A stretch of DNA of 59,324 nucleotides from Octopus bimaculoides (Eukaryota), in the NCBI RefSeq assembly GCF_001194135.2, contig NC_068989.1, positions 36,467,117 to 36,526,440 of the forward strand. The letters are read 5' to 3'. A program made the position numbers and the translations under genes. Below the pieces are notes generated by a model. That model saw only the letters and a program-made list of their open reading frames with translations, ran no database searches and had not been told where the DNA came from. Position 1 is the first letter of the stretch; each line of letters starts with the position of its first letter. Positions 1 to 33,100 of the stretch are shown here, one piece after another.

Positions 1-31
<31 letters not shown>
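1..31. repeat. (AT)n microsatellite
   Basis: Seen directly. Confidence 0.95.
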
Positions 32-37
<6 letters not shown>

Positions 38-479
38 GTGGGATGATGTAACAAAAGATGTCGTTGAGGTAGCAGATGAAATAGGCATGTGGACGACATC
101 AAAGTAAAACCATGGGAAAGCATCGGATTGTGGTTTAGATAATTTAATTGACACTTGCATTTACTTGCTGTATACACCAAAAAGTTCACTACGTGACCTT
201 ACCAACTTACTTCGAGTTGGAGAAGAACAAAATAAACAGGGGAAATACTGTGTCGATATGATTAGGTAGAACCGATCATGTTTTGTGTCTGTTTGTGCGT
301 TGGTCATTCGGTCATGTCTGTTTATGTTCTGCGACTGCTACTGTGTTCGATCGTTCATGATGAATATGTGGTTCTATGCTGGCCGCTTCACTGGCGCAAG
401 TTCCTTGCTGGCTGTCTCTTGGCAGTTCGGCTAGTGATGGCTATCTGCCTCTGTCGTATGTCTGACTGTATTTATAATG

Positions 480-720
480 GTCATCACAGCTAGAAGGACA
501 AACATGCTACAGGAGTATTTTCTACCTATGTAAGTCGCCTCCTGTCCACTTGAACCTTAAATGATACGGCTCAGGTCGTAGTTCGAAGAGAAATCCATCC
601 ATCATTTTTTGACAAGACAAAGAAATTTTTTTCGTACCTGTTTGGCCAGTGGTGGATCAGACGAGCGAGAATCCTCAGATTCGGTTTCGAATCTCACCTC
701 GGAAAAAGGAAGTGTTAGTT
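480..720 (-). mobile_element. Possible Gypsy-type integrase C-terminal relic
   Basis: Minus-strand fragments FFRGEIRNRI and AVSFKVQVDRRRL resemble the ELLFGRKIRTRL and GPVSYxVxV motifs; interrupted by stops. Confidence 0.25.
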
Positions 721-950
721 TTTACATATATATATATATGTGNNNNNNNNNNNNNNNNNNNNNNNNNNNNNNNNNNNNNNNNNNNNNNNNNNNNNNNNNN
801 NNNNNNNNNNNNNNNNNNNNNNNNNNNNNNNNNNNNNNNNNNNNNNNNNNNNNNNNNNNNNNNNNNNNNNNNNNNNNNNNNNNNNNNNNNNNNNNNNNNN
901 NNNNNNNNNNNNNNNNNNNNNNNNNNNNNNNNNNNNNNNNNNNNNNNNNA

Positions 951-1909
951 CAACTGCTTCTATATGAGATCTAAATCATCCACATGCTCGAATCAAGTGG
1001 TCTTGGTTCATTTTGGACATTACTCTGGCTATGGCAGCTTTCAAAGAATCTTTGGTGTTATGGGCGTGTTCATTGACCTCTCTCTCAACAACGCTCCACT
1101 TGTAATAATTCAATGGATTGAGATCTGGGGAATTAAGAGGCCGAATGTTAGGGGTTATGTGATCATGAAAATTTCAGCCATCTATTCCTTTGTTACGAGA
1201 GTCATGTGTGATAGTGCAGAGTCTTACTGAAACATATGGCCTTCCATTGCATACACTGTCTATCCAGGGTTTAACAATTTGTATGCATAACGTTTGGAAC
1301 TTCAGAAGGGTCTGCACATAACTCCTGTCATTTCTTCTGTTAACTTTTTGTTCTTGGTCAAAGTTTTTCTCGTTTGAGAAAAAACAAATTAAATCTTCTT
1401 CTGCTGGATTTTTCAGTTTGTTTAAGGACCTTTTAGATCTGATGGGGTGATTTTCTTTTGCTTTTTCTGACAAATTGACCTTTCCTCATCATATAAGACT
1501 TATATCTGATGTCTTCGTGGACAACGTTTCTGACTGTTCCTTCTGACACATNNNNNNNNNNCCTCATCATATAAGACTTATATCTGATGTCTTCGTGGAC
1601 AACGTTTCTGACTGTTCCTTCTGACACATGGAGATCTTTTGCAATTGACTTCATGGACTTTCTGGGGTTGTAATCAATAGTCTGTTGAACTTGCTGGATA
1701 AATTCAGATGTTCTGATGATTTCAGAGCGTTTAGAATGCTTTTTATGCTTTGATACTGGTGATACGTTTTCATCTTCAATCTCTAGCTCCTTACAAACTT
1801 TGTAGACGAAAGATCTGGCAACTTTTAAAAATCGAGATATTTCTAAATTGCTATGTTGCTTGTGGATTCCTTAGATTCTTACCTGACTCTACTAGGTTTC
1901 CTTAGCCAT
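951..1909 (-). pseudogene. Decayed Tc1/mariner DD37D (maT-type) transposase
   Basis: Fragments MKSIAKDLHVSEGTVRNVVHEDIRYKSYMMRKGQF, FFSNEKNF and DSALSH...HITPNIRPLNSPDLNPLNYY. After a 1-nt correction there are 37 residues between the 2nd and 3rd catalytic positions. Stops and frameshifts present. Confidence 0.85.
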
Positions 1910-1954
1910 TCGATGTAAATTTTTTAAATCCTACTACATTTTCTTTTCTTTTGT

Positions 1955-2262
1955 GAAGGCGCATGGCTCAGTGGTTAGAGCGTTGGGCTTACAATCAGGA
2001 AATAGTAAGTTGGATTCCCGAACCAGGCTGTGTGTTGTGTTCTTGAGCAAGACACTTTATTTCACGTTGCTCCAGGTCACTCAACTGTAGAAATGAATTG
2101 CGACGTCACAAGTGCCAAACTTTACCTTTGCCAACATTGGTGGCATGGAGAGGGGAGGCTGGTATGCATGGGAAACTGCTGGTCTTCCATAAATAACCTT
2201 GCCCAGATTTGTGCCTCAGAGAGGAACTTTCTAGATGCACTACCATGATCATTCATGACTGA
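1955..2262 (+). mobile_element. tRNA-derived SINE (type C)
   Basis: A box TGGCTCAGTGG, B-box-like GTTGGATTCC, then cttgagcaagacacttt. A 3' half of the same family recurs at ~24255-24372. Confidence 0.75.
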
Positions 2263-2274
2263 AGATCTTATGAC

Positions 2275-2441
2275 TGCATTTTTATAATTAAACATTATTA
2301 GGAATTGTATAATAAAAAAAAAACATAGTTGAAATATTTCATGTATTGTAGAAGTATTAACAGTTTATTGCAGATAAACTTTAACGACAAAATCTTATAT
2401 GGACCCCTACAGGTCATAGGGACCCCGGCTGAGAACCACTG
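2275..2441. mobile_element. hAT-like element right end
   Basis: Ends in ggctgagaaccactg, the reverse complement of a CAGTGGTTCTCA-type hAT/Charlie terminus; partner end not seen. Confidence 0.4.
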
Positions 2442-3113
2442 CAACTTCGCTTAGGGATAGAAAGTATTTATCGTCTCTTTAGGTGCAGTCGCACTGTAAA
2501 ATTGACAACTTCATTTCTTCTTGTGAAACTCCACAACTCAGCATCAAACACAAATTCTTCAATCGTGTCGGTCGTTCACTGGACTGGAACTATCGTTCAG
2601 GTTTTGATGGAATGTCAAGCTGTGCCGCAATTCCCTTCTCTGTTCATTTCATCATGCACTAGTATCGAACAGGATCAATAACTAACTCATACAGAATTAT
2701 CGATGTACAAACATTGGCACCTTTACTAAAAGACTCTAAAACCATGCTGAAGGTTGCTCAGTAAAACAAAGGATATTCTTATTCTTTTCAATATTGTAAC
2801 ATATTTGCAGTGAAACTATCAAAATTGATTTCGAGTAGTCCTAAACTTACAAGATTCAGGTCAAGGGGAATAACTTTGTAAAGGGAAATAATTCTTGCCC
2901 GATTTGTTTTATTTTTTTTTCAATATATTTTTCTAATATCTACGATCAGTGAGAAAACAATAACTTGAATCCTGCATTTAATTGTTACTTTATAGGCTTT
3001 TTTATCTTCTGTTTTTTTTTAGGTGTTTCACTCAGAAGGTAAAGAGGACTCTACAACATACCTAATGTACGACGGGTGTTCGTTGATGACACTACACACA
3101 AAAGCAAAGGACT

Positions 3114-3346
3114 TTAACACTTTAACGGCGTAATTAAATTTGATGGTTATTCCAGTAATAATGTTAAAGAACTACCAAATAAAATACAATTTGTATTTTT
3201 TGCTTTAAGATACTTGACACGTCTTAACAAAAAATAGCTCCAAACATTTCTCAACAAAAGACAGATTAGTGTATAAAACTGCTTTCTGCAGTTAAGAGTT
3301 AGAAATTTTGAGTGGATATGTCTGATTTCCGCAGTAAAAGGGTTAA
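3114..3346. mobile_element. TTAA-flanked MITE (piggyBac-like ends)
   Basis: ttaa-cactttaacggcg ... cgcagtaaaaggg-ttaa imperfect terminal inverted repeats. Confidence 0.55.
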
Positions 3347-3567
3347 AGATTATACAGTAAAAGAAGTTATGATCACTGTTACTGGCACTTTTACAATTCA
3401 AACGGATTTTTGGCGAAATTCAGCTGTAACCCTCCTTATAACTTTTTTTTTTTTTAATTTTCAGAAAATTCTTGCGAATTTCAAACAATTATGGGGAAAA
3501 AGATTTTCTTAATTTTTTTAAACCCCCACCCTGCTCTTTTTCGAATTTTTTATTGGTAGAAAAATAT

Positions 3568-3763
3568 TCTTTTCTACTCAAAGCACAAGGCCCGAAATTT
3601 TGTGGGAGGGACCAATCGATTAGATTGACCCAGTACACAACTGATACTTAATTTATCGACCCCGACCTCGGTGGAATTTGAACTCAGAACGTAAAGACAG
3701 ACGAAATACCGCTAAGCATTTCGCCCGGCGTGCAAACGCTTCTGCCAGCTCGCCACCTTATGA
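3568..3763 (-). mobile_element. tRNA-derived SINE type A with 12-bp TSD
   Basis: Head ggcgagctggcagaa, B box gagttcaaattcc, tail gagtagaaaag; TSD gtagaaaaatat at 3556-3567 and 3764-3775. Confidence 0.85.
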
Positions 3764-4177
3764 GTAGAAAAATATATTGAAAAAAATCAATACATATCAG
3801 TGACAAACAAACGAGGAAGATGGGCGTTTGATGTGCGAATAACAACAGTTAAATCACACACAATTTTTTTCTTTCTTCTTTTTTTCATAATCGTATGAAT
3901 TCCAGTGTGTGGAGCACAAAGTCACATAAGTTATCTGAAAATTCCAAACAATAAAAGAAGGTATTGGGTGCTTAAACCGGAACTCTGGCAGATTTCTTTC
4001 GTCAGAAAAAGTTTGGTTTATGTAAAAAGGAAAAACGTGATAACTCTACCTTTGTAATCAATTCCACCACCAACCGCATGAAGTTCTCTTTTTCTTGACG
4101 AGTAAAGCATGCATTTGTGTGTGCGTGTAGGTATTTATAATGTACGTGTGTATGTAGTATGTGGGGGGGGGGGGTAA

Positions 4178-4335
4178 GCGTGGCTGTGTGTTAAGAAGTT
4201 AGCTTCCTAACTACATAATTTCGGGGGTTCATTCCCACAGCACGACACCTTCAAGAAGAATCTTCTACTGTAGCCACGAGCTGACCAAAGTCTTGTGAAT
4301 GGATTTGGTAGACGGAAATTGAAAGAAACCCGATC
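4178..4335 (+). mobile_element. tRNA/CORE-like SINE head (type B)
   Basis: gcgtggctgtgtg...ggttcattcccac...tttggtagacggaaa, shared with many other copies in the window. Confidence 0.75.
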
Positions 4336-5104
4336 TATCTATCTATCTGTCTGTCCATTTGTCAATCAATCAATCTTTCTATCTAACTGTAGCTTCGATT
4401 ATAAATGATCCATAAAGGTCGAGCGCATATCAAAGAGAAGTACGCCACTCATTGACTTGACAGCATCACGTAAAGCCGATAGTTAAGTAAGCCATTACTC
4501 TAGCTCATACTTACATACATGCGTTCGTCTCTGTATTTATCCCCCACCACCGCTTAACGACTGGTGTTGGTTTGTGTACGTCTATGTATGTATGAAGAGA
4601 GACAGACAGATCATAACAAATACAAAAGAACATCTCAAACCTTGCTAAACAACGAAGCAATTACTTGCGTTTTCATCTCGAAAATGAAAAGAATTATCAT
4701 AAGCGACCATTTTCTTAATTATTTTGGATTCCTCTTTCTTCAAAGCACTGGAAATCTTGCTTTCATGTTTAGTTTATCGGTGGATTTATTAGGACTTTAG
4801 CAGAAGCAAAGTTGTTGCCCCTGAAATCTTATTTTGTCCGACAATTTTCTAATAATATTTTCATGAAGTTACTTCTATTTATCACATTTCGTTTCTTTGC
4901 TCAGAAGTTACCTATGAAAGCTCTACAGTACTCTTTCTCTCTCTCCCCCAATCACAATTCTTTTACCATATGTGTACCACAACAATAACGATCGGCTCTG
5001 TTAAATTGCTATCACATACTGCCATACAGATGCAAGTGCACTCCTCAATGTTCTGCTCCGAAAATCAACACCTTCACCAAGGATGCAATGTAAACACAAA
5101 CGTG

Positions 5105-5146
<42 letters not shown>

Positions 5147-5153
5147 AAATGTC

Positions 5154-5195
<42 letters not shown>

Positions 5196-5572
5196 GAAAA
5201 TGTCCCAATATNNNNNNNNNNNNNNNNNNNNNNNNNNNNNNNNNNNNNNNNNNNNNNNNNNNNNNNNNNNNNNNNNNNNNNNNNNNNNNNNNNNNNNNNN
5301 NNNNNNNNNNNNNNNNNNNNNNNNNNNNNNNNNNNNNNNNNNNNNNNNNNNNNNNNNNNNNNNNNNNNNNNNNNNNNNNNNNNNNNNNNNNNNNNNNNNN
5401 NNNNNNNNNNNNNNNNNNNNNNNNNNNNNNNNNNNNNNNNNNNNNNNNNNNNNNNNNNNNNNNNNNNNNNNNNNNNNNNNNNNNNNNNNNNNNNNNNNNN
5501 NNNNNNNNNNNNNNNNNNNNNNNNNNNNNNNNNNNNNNNNNNNNNNNNNNNNNNNNNNNNNNNNNNNNNNNN

Positions 5573-5611
<39 letters not shown>

Positions 5612-6079
5612 TTAATAGCTGACAACTCACTTCATTTTTATCTTGGGGGATTTAATCTATTATTAGCTTAATGGTTAAAGCAATCAACCAGTATCTGAGG
5701 AGTATAGGTTCAACTCCCACAGCCACCTTCTGGAAACTTTTATCATTCTTATAAGTGTAAATACTCAATCTTTCTCTACTGTTCTTACAGCTTTACTACG
5801 TTCAAGATTTACTTTTTTGTACATAAAATACCAACCACATATGACACTTCCAAAGTTTATAAAATGTTAGTCTATTATGTGTTATATAATTGATTAAATC
5901 CACATGACATATTCTAGCAAAAAACTGCTCAGAAAGCAGTGTTTCTGCTAGTTGTATACCAATGAAAAACACCAAGGTATGTCATTTACAACAATCAAGC
6001 TGTTTAACTTTTGGATTAACACCCAGGTGAGCAAAATCTATCATCAAATAAATGCTTCAGCCCAGATACACACACTTAC

Positions 6080-8686
6080 ATGGAACTTTATTAACCATTG
6101 TATATTGTCTAATGCATCATTCCTTTTCCCTAAAACAACTGGCTGTAATTTGAAAGATATTTTGCTGTTATTTGTAGCAAGGCTCTATAGAGGTTCATAA
6201 GTTGGATCACTTCTAGGTTGTGATTTACCTATTTGAACATGGATGGTTTTGGCCAGGTTTTAAAGTCTCTCTCTGTCTCTGAGTCCCTATGATTCAATCA
6301 AGAGTTGAAAAGCCAAGGGAAGTATTGCTATACACAATTCATTTCAATAATACAAAGAACAGGTGCAGGAGATGAGCAGCTCTCTCCACAACCATAATGT
6401 CCAGAGTTCAATACCACCACTACATGGTGTTTTTCCAAAGCCTCAAGTTTTGTTTCAGTGAGCAGTTAATCTATAGGTATGATCTGTGGGCAACTCCATG
6501 ATGTTATGTATGCTTTGGCCAAAGTCCTATATATGTTTGTGCATCTTTTTTTTTCTTGGGCATCCAGCTGTAGAAACTCTGCCAAATCAGATTGGAGCCT
6601 GGTGTTGCCATCTGGTTTCACCAGTCCTCAGTCAAATCGTCCAACCCATGCTAGCATGGAAAGCGGACATTAAACGATGATGATGATGATAGTATTCTAG
6701 GTGCTATGAGTATTATGGAGGATTTGTGAGTATGATTTGTTTCTGTTAAGTGTGAGAGTTGATTGTATTTGATATTCACTATTAGAAGTGTTCCTTGTTC
6801 AATCAGGATTTAACAAATTTATGATCAAAGGTATTCAAGCTGCAACCTGCCCTTCCACCTTGTTTTCAGACAGTGTCTTCAGGACATTATTCAATGTGCT
6901 TCTTTTTAAAACTATAAGATGTTGAGGGAAAAGCTCACTGGAGCTGAAAAAGCTCCTACCTCCAAGCAGTTTTTTAATTGGTTAACAATAGTGGAATTGG
7001 TAGATGTTACTTTGGAGCCATATTTCAAGATGACTGGTGTAGGTTGGATTAGTTGCACACTCTTCTGTGAAGGGGCAAGCAGGTTGTATGATGTGATCTA
7101 CATATAAAGCTAGGTGTTTCAACATGTGGCAAGGCTATGTATGGTACTCCATTTGAACCATTTACACTGCAAGTGTTTCTGGAGAAGCCTTACATCTGAC
7201 CATGCAATCTGCCATTTTGTGCTTCATGTAATTTCTTGAGATGCTCAACACTAATAAAGCCACGTGGATAACAGGAAATGGAAACAAAATCTTTAACCCC
7301 TTAGGATTTAAACCAGCCATATCAGGCCTAAATATTCTAATTATTTTATGTTCAAACCAGCCAGATCCAGCAACTCACACTTATCCTACAAGGTCTTTCT
7401 AAAAAAAAAAAAATAATCACATCATTGAAGTCCCTAAGCTATGGATTAATGCATGATTAATTCAAAACAATGTGAACAAATATATTTGACAGAGTAATCT
7501 GAATGCTAAAGGGTTAAATACTGATTCTACAGTTATAAAAAGTTTGCTAGCAATGTAAGAGCTATCAAGGTTAATGAGTCGTAAATTGGAACTGCATCAG
7601 AAGAAACATCAAAACTGAAATAAAATTTTTAGAATTAAGATAAAGTTTAACATCCTCAGCAATATTTCCATGGAAAGAATGAAGTAATTTCTCATTACTT
7701 TCCCTTAGACATTTTTCTTTACAGAAACCAATGAGAATGGTATTCATTGGTTCCACAACAATGATATAACATAACCATGGGAAAGAATTCAAATCAAAGT
7801 CTGTGTAGATATAAATCTACCAACAGTTTGCTTTCTACAGAGTTCATCACATTATGTTGAACTAGACCACAAAATACACTGAACTCCTCAGATATCTCAT
7901 TTGATTGTCCTTTTTTTATTATTGTAACCTCCATTACAGACCAAATTCAAGGACTGCCTTAGCAATGTTATATTTATTTATTCAATATCATTGACAGTGG
8001 AGTGACAGAAATGATAAAACAAACTTTCATTCTTCTACACTGAAGAGCTCAAATCCTGATACGGTTAACTTTTGCTTTTTATCTTTCTGATTGATACCAG
8101 TAATATACTGGGTCACTTCAACCAATAAGTTATGTTCAAAAACTGGACTTGTCAAAGAAAAAAAAAAAAGATCAATGTAAGTTTCCCATGGCAATTTTCC
8201 CAAATGGTTATACCTACCTCATATCTGATGGGATGTATGTGATCATTACAAATATACAAATATTTCAAGAAAAAATTAAAAATTTTTAACAATTACAATA
8301 GCCAAAAGCTCATCTTTCAAGTCCAAGTTTCTGAATTGGCAAGCAAGCTGCAAATTGGAAAGAACATATTTGCAGTGATATAAGCAAGCTGTAAATAGGA
8401 GGGAAAATTTGTAGTGAAAGCCCACTAAAATGTAGGTTTTTCCTCGGACAGAAACAATGTCAAAGGAATTATGGACAAGAACATCAGCTGGCTTAGGTTT
8501 TATTTTTTTAGGTATAGAGTAGGGGGCAGTTGAAATTCAGGAAAGTTTGATCCCATTACCAAATATTTCTAAGATTTATTAAATGTGCTGGTGACACTAT
8601 TACCCTCATTATACATAAAAATAGCAAGCTGCATATTTGAAGCAGGAACTGTGCAGCAGATCCTTATTCTCCAATATATCACCAAA
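6080..8686 (-). CDS. Tentative spliced ORF of an unidentified gene: exons 8686-8604, 7800-7699, 7250-7194, 6129-6080
   Basis: Four AG/GT-bounded segments with compatible phases (2-1, 1-1, 1-1, 1-0) and no stops. No homolog recognised; could be chance in T-rich sequence. Confidence 0.22.
6557..6690 (+). mobile_element. RTE-tail repeat (type D) 3' fragment
   Basis: gggcatccagctgtagaaactctgcc...catggaaagcggacattaaacgatgatgatg. Confidence 0.8.
7293..7517. mobile_element. TTAA-CCC MITE family A
   Basis: ttaacccctt...gaatgctaaagggttaa; related copies at 21434-21611 (opposite orientation) and ~33475-33697. Confidence 0.7.
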
Positions 8687-9989
8687 CTAACGAGAGGACA
8701 AAAAAGTGAAAGATGATAGAGAAATTAGAAACAGGCTAAAGTCTATATATAATGTTGACCAAATGAATGGCTAGTAAATGCTGAAGCAAAATGCTATTTC
8801 TGAAGTATTTATTTACAATAGAAAGATTTGATAATGTAAATAACTAAAGTAAGATTTCCTTGGCATTATAAGACAAAGGTTTTAAATTTGTGTTTTTCTA
8901 GGTTTTTTTAACAGAAAACTTTCCTCTGATCCATTAGAAATTAATTCTTCACACCACTAAAAGATTTCATTTTCAGCAAGATTTTTGGATGATGGAAAGA
9001 AAATAATTTATAAATTATTGTAGGTGTGTACTTTGATGGTATTAGATAATATAAACAGTAAACAATGTAAGATGTTCATGGAACTGCAGTGATAATGGAG
9101 AAAAACATTCAACAGTAGTCAACAACTGTGTCCAAAAGAAGAAAGTAACAAGTCCCATAAAAAGGATGATTTGGCAGCACTGCAGACAACCAAATATATT
9201 AATTTGTGAATTGACAAATATATTTATCTCTAAATATATATGGAATAAATATAAAACAAACTTTAAGTTGTCACAACAGCTCTCCTCTCGTTGGCAATAA
9301 CTGAGTATGGAGAAAAGATATAACAACAAATTTGTATCTAATTTGAATCCCACCAAGACTAAGTGTACTTAACATACCAATATGTAGTAGGATAGGCTAA
9401 GATTTATTAACAAAGTGGGAAGACAACTATCTTTTGACTGCTCCTGTAAATTTGTATTTCATTAAAGAACAATATGTTGTTTAAAGAAAAGTGTTGTCAT
9501 TCCAAATAGTATGTAATATGCAGCTTTACAAAAATAATTGAATTTAACTTATTCTTTAAAACAAAAAATATAATTTAAAGCGTAAGGTTAATTCTATTTT
9601 GTGTATTTTGTGTTGGATGTGGCTGAATAGCCAACTTTAGCTAAATGATTATAGATATTGTATTTAGCAACATTAGCAAACTTATTTCAGTGGTATATTA
9701 ACATGGTAAAGATATAAATTAGATAAAGGATTGGAAATGTACACCAAAATATTTGTTAGAAAAACTGCTAACCTGGTATTAAGACTATTCTAATGTATTA
9801 AATGTTAAAACCAGCATCATCTGTATAAAATTTCAGCTGCAAACAATTCAAAGAGGAATCAATAAAACAAAAATAGCCACTTTCTGAATAATATTGAAAT
9901 TACTTGTTTGAAGGCATATATCCTTCCTTGAAAAAAAAAATGAAGGAAAAAACATCTAAATGAAGAAGATTCAAAATTCATGAGACAAG

Positions 9990-10032
<43 letters not shown>

Positions 10033-11135
10033 TACATATATAAAAATATTAAAATAATTGGTTAGGTTTGATAAACAAGAATGAAAATAACAGAAAAAGT
10101 AGATATGATGCTTGTATTATGAGAGCATTCATTGTATGAAGCTGGCAATTGTACACCAGGAAAAACTAGTGACAATTAGAAGAGTTAAAAAAAAAAAAAA
10201 AAGGGACAATAGCCAAAAGGCCATACTTGATACATTAAAAAAAGCAGTTCTAGAATCAGAAATCAGTCAGTGGTAGACATTTAATTAGTGGAATCCAATC
10301 TTTTATTCATTTCGCTCTTTTTCATATATTTCAAAATTCGTTAAATTTTCAATTATTCACTCGTTATTTTCTGATGTCTTTTATTATTATTATCATCATT
10401 ATTGTTATTATTATTACCATCATCCAATTTTTTCAAGAAAAATATCAGCAAGAAAAATTTAAAATAAATTTGCTGGCAGCACGAATGAGCACTGCCCACA
10501 TTAAACTAACAAGAGCTGTTGCCTTGCCCAGACTTATGGTGAGACCAAAATATTGAAGATGGGTCATTCACCACTGTCCATTTTAATCAAGCTAGGAGGA
10601 GTCTGGCTGGAAGTTTTTGTCACCAAATATACATAGTTATTGCAACCTTTCACTCATATTCTGCCACAGGCAAATCAGAGTGGCCGGGGAAACTGGAATT
10701 AGTTTCATGTTATCTTTAAGTGTTTTAAGCCTAGTGCACTCTTATTGAAGAGAGAAAGAGAGAGAATCATAGGAATGAATGAAGAGGCTTATAGAAGAGA
10801 AAGATGCACTGATCTTCAGAGATAAACATTAATTCTAATAAAAAGTGAAATAAAGATTTAAATTTAAAAAATAAAAAATTCAAAAGAAAAGTGTAGGTGT
10901 GTGTGTATTTATGTGTGTATAATTACATCAATCAACTTTCTTTTTATATATATATATATAATTAAAAAAAAAAAGGAGGAAAAGAGGAACAGTAAGAGAA
11001 GATAATGAAGACAATGATAATATCATTAATATTATATCATTATAGGTGTTATGTAATAATCCCACCCGGCCATATGGTAGCTTCTGCAGAGTTCGAATGA
11101 AAGCCGGAATTATGTTAGTTGTCTCCCTTGCAACA

Positions 11136-32164
<21,029 letters not shown>

Positions 32165-32659
32165 CTGTAACAAAAAATAGGAAAAAAAATTTTGTCAAAA
32201 TCAAAATTAAGAAACTGTTTTTCAAATTTTCATACAATCTGAAAGAAATTAGTTTGGTAGTTTGAGAAATTAGCCAATTAAAACTTACTAAAATTTCTGA
32301 GATTGTTTACCTGTTTTTAATAGTACTAAAACTAATTACAATGTTAATTAAAATGAAAAGCATTCTTTCAAAGTGTTAGCAAAAAAAAATATGTAAAGTT
32401 ATATGCAAAGTTAATTAAAAAACTGGAAAAATTTTACAATAACAACAGGATCTTTTTTTAAAAAGAATTTAAAGAAAATATAAATAGCACCAAAATTATA
32501 CAAATAAACAATAAAAGAGAAAGCACATTCTTTTCTCCATAACAGGCAACTAATTTATCAGTATCTTGTGATGTTTTAACTAAGTTACTCTTAGATGGCA
32601 AGTAACTTCACATGATCAGCATAGAGAACAGTTAACACTAATCACTATTTTTATACAGT

Positions 32660-33100
32660 GGGAATTCCAGAAAACCAATGTTCAAAAGTGGAAGAAGGAC
32701 TGGGAATACTGGTTAGTCAAGAGCCTGGTGGAGTAGAGTAGACACAATGTGGGTGATAAAAGGAGGTACTAGCAGTATCCTGAGGGGTACTGACATGTTA
32801 CCAGCAAGTTCCAAGAGTCAAAGATCACTGCAGAGTTTGTAGAAAAGGTAGATAAGAGACAAGTCTACAAGGAAGAGGATGGACTGTGTTTGTGAGTGAC
32901 TTCATGTGTTTCTTTTGATGATATCAAGGATGCCTATTTGTGTGTAGTAGCAACACCATGCCAGATATGGGAGCTCACCTAAACTTTCAAGAGTTTCAGC
33001 AGTTATTGGCAAAAGTATCTTCTGGCTCTGAAGGAGAAGTTCAATCTTTATTATGTTGAGTGTGTTTGCCAGAACAGATGCAAAGCATTATCATCCCCAA
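32660..33100 (-). mobile_element. Highly decayed LINE reverse transcriptase relic
   Basis: Minus-strand fragments LVDLS and TPQDT resemble the DLSKAFD and GVPQGS motifs. Confidence 0.25.

Noticed and set aside
1484-1629. Exact ~68-bp duplication across a short N run
   Set aside because: Typical unmerged contig overlap, so an assembly artefact.
1955-2030. tRNA-like A/B boxes at SINE heads
   Set aside because: No complete cloverleaf, and they continue into repeated SINE bodies.
3023-3038. Plus-strand 16-nt microexon-like ag|GTGTTTCACTCAGAAG|gtaaag
   Set aside because: No partner exons or recognisable product; such signals are common in AT-rich DNA.
10374-10556. Plus-strand ORF containing TAHIKLTRAVAL, resembling CAPZB exon 6 [12 protein letters not shown]
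   Set aside because: It is on the opposite strand, similarity stops at both sides, DNA similarity is weak, and a rough estimate puts such a match near chance for this window size.
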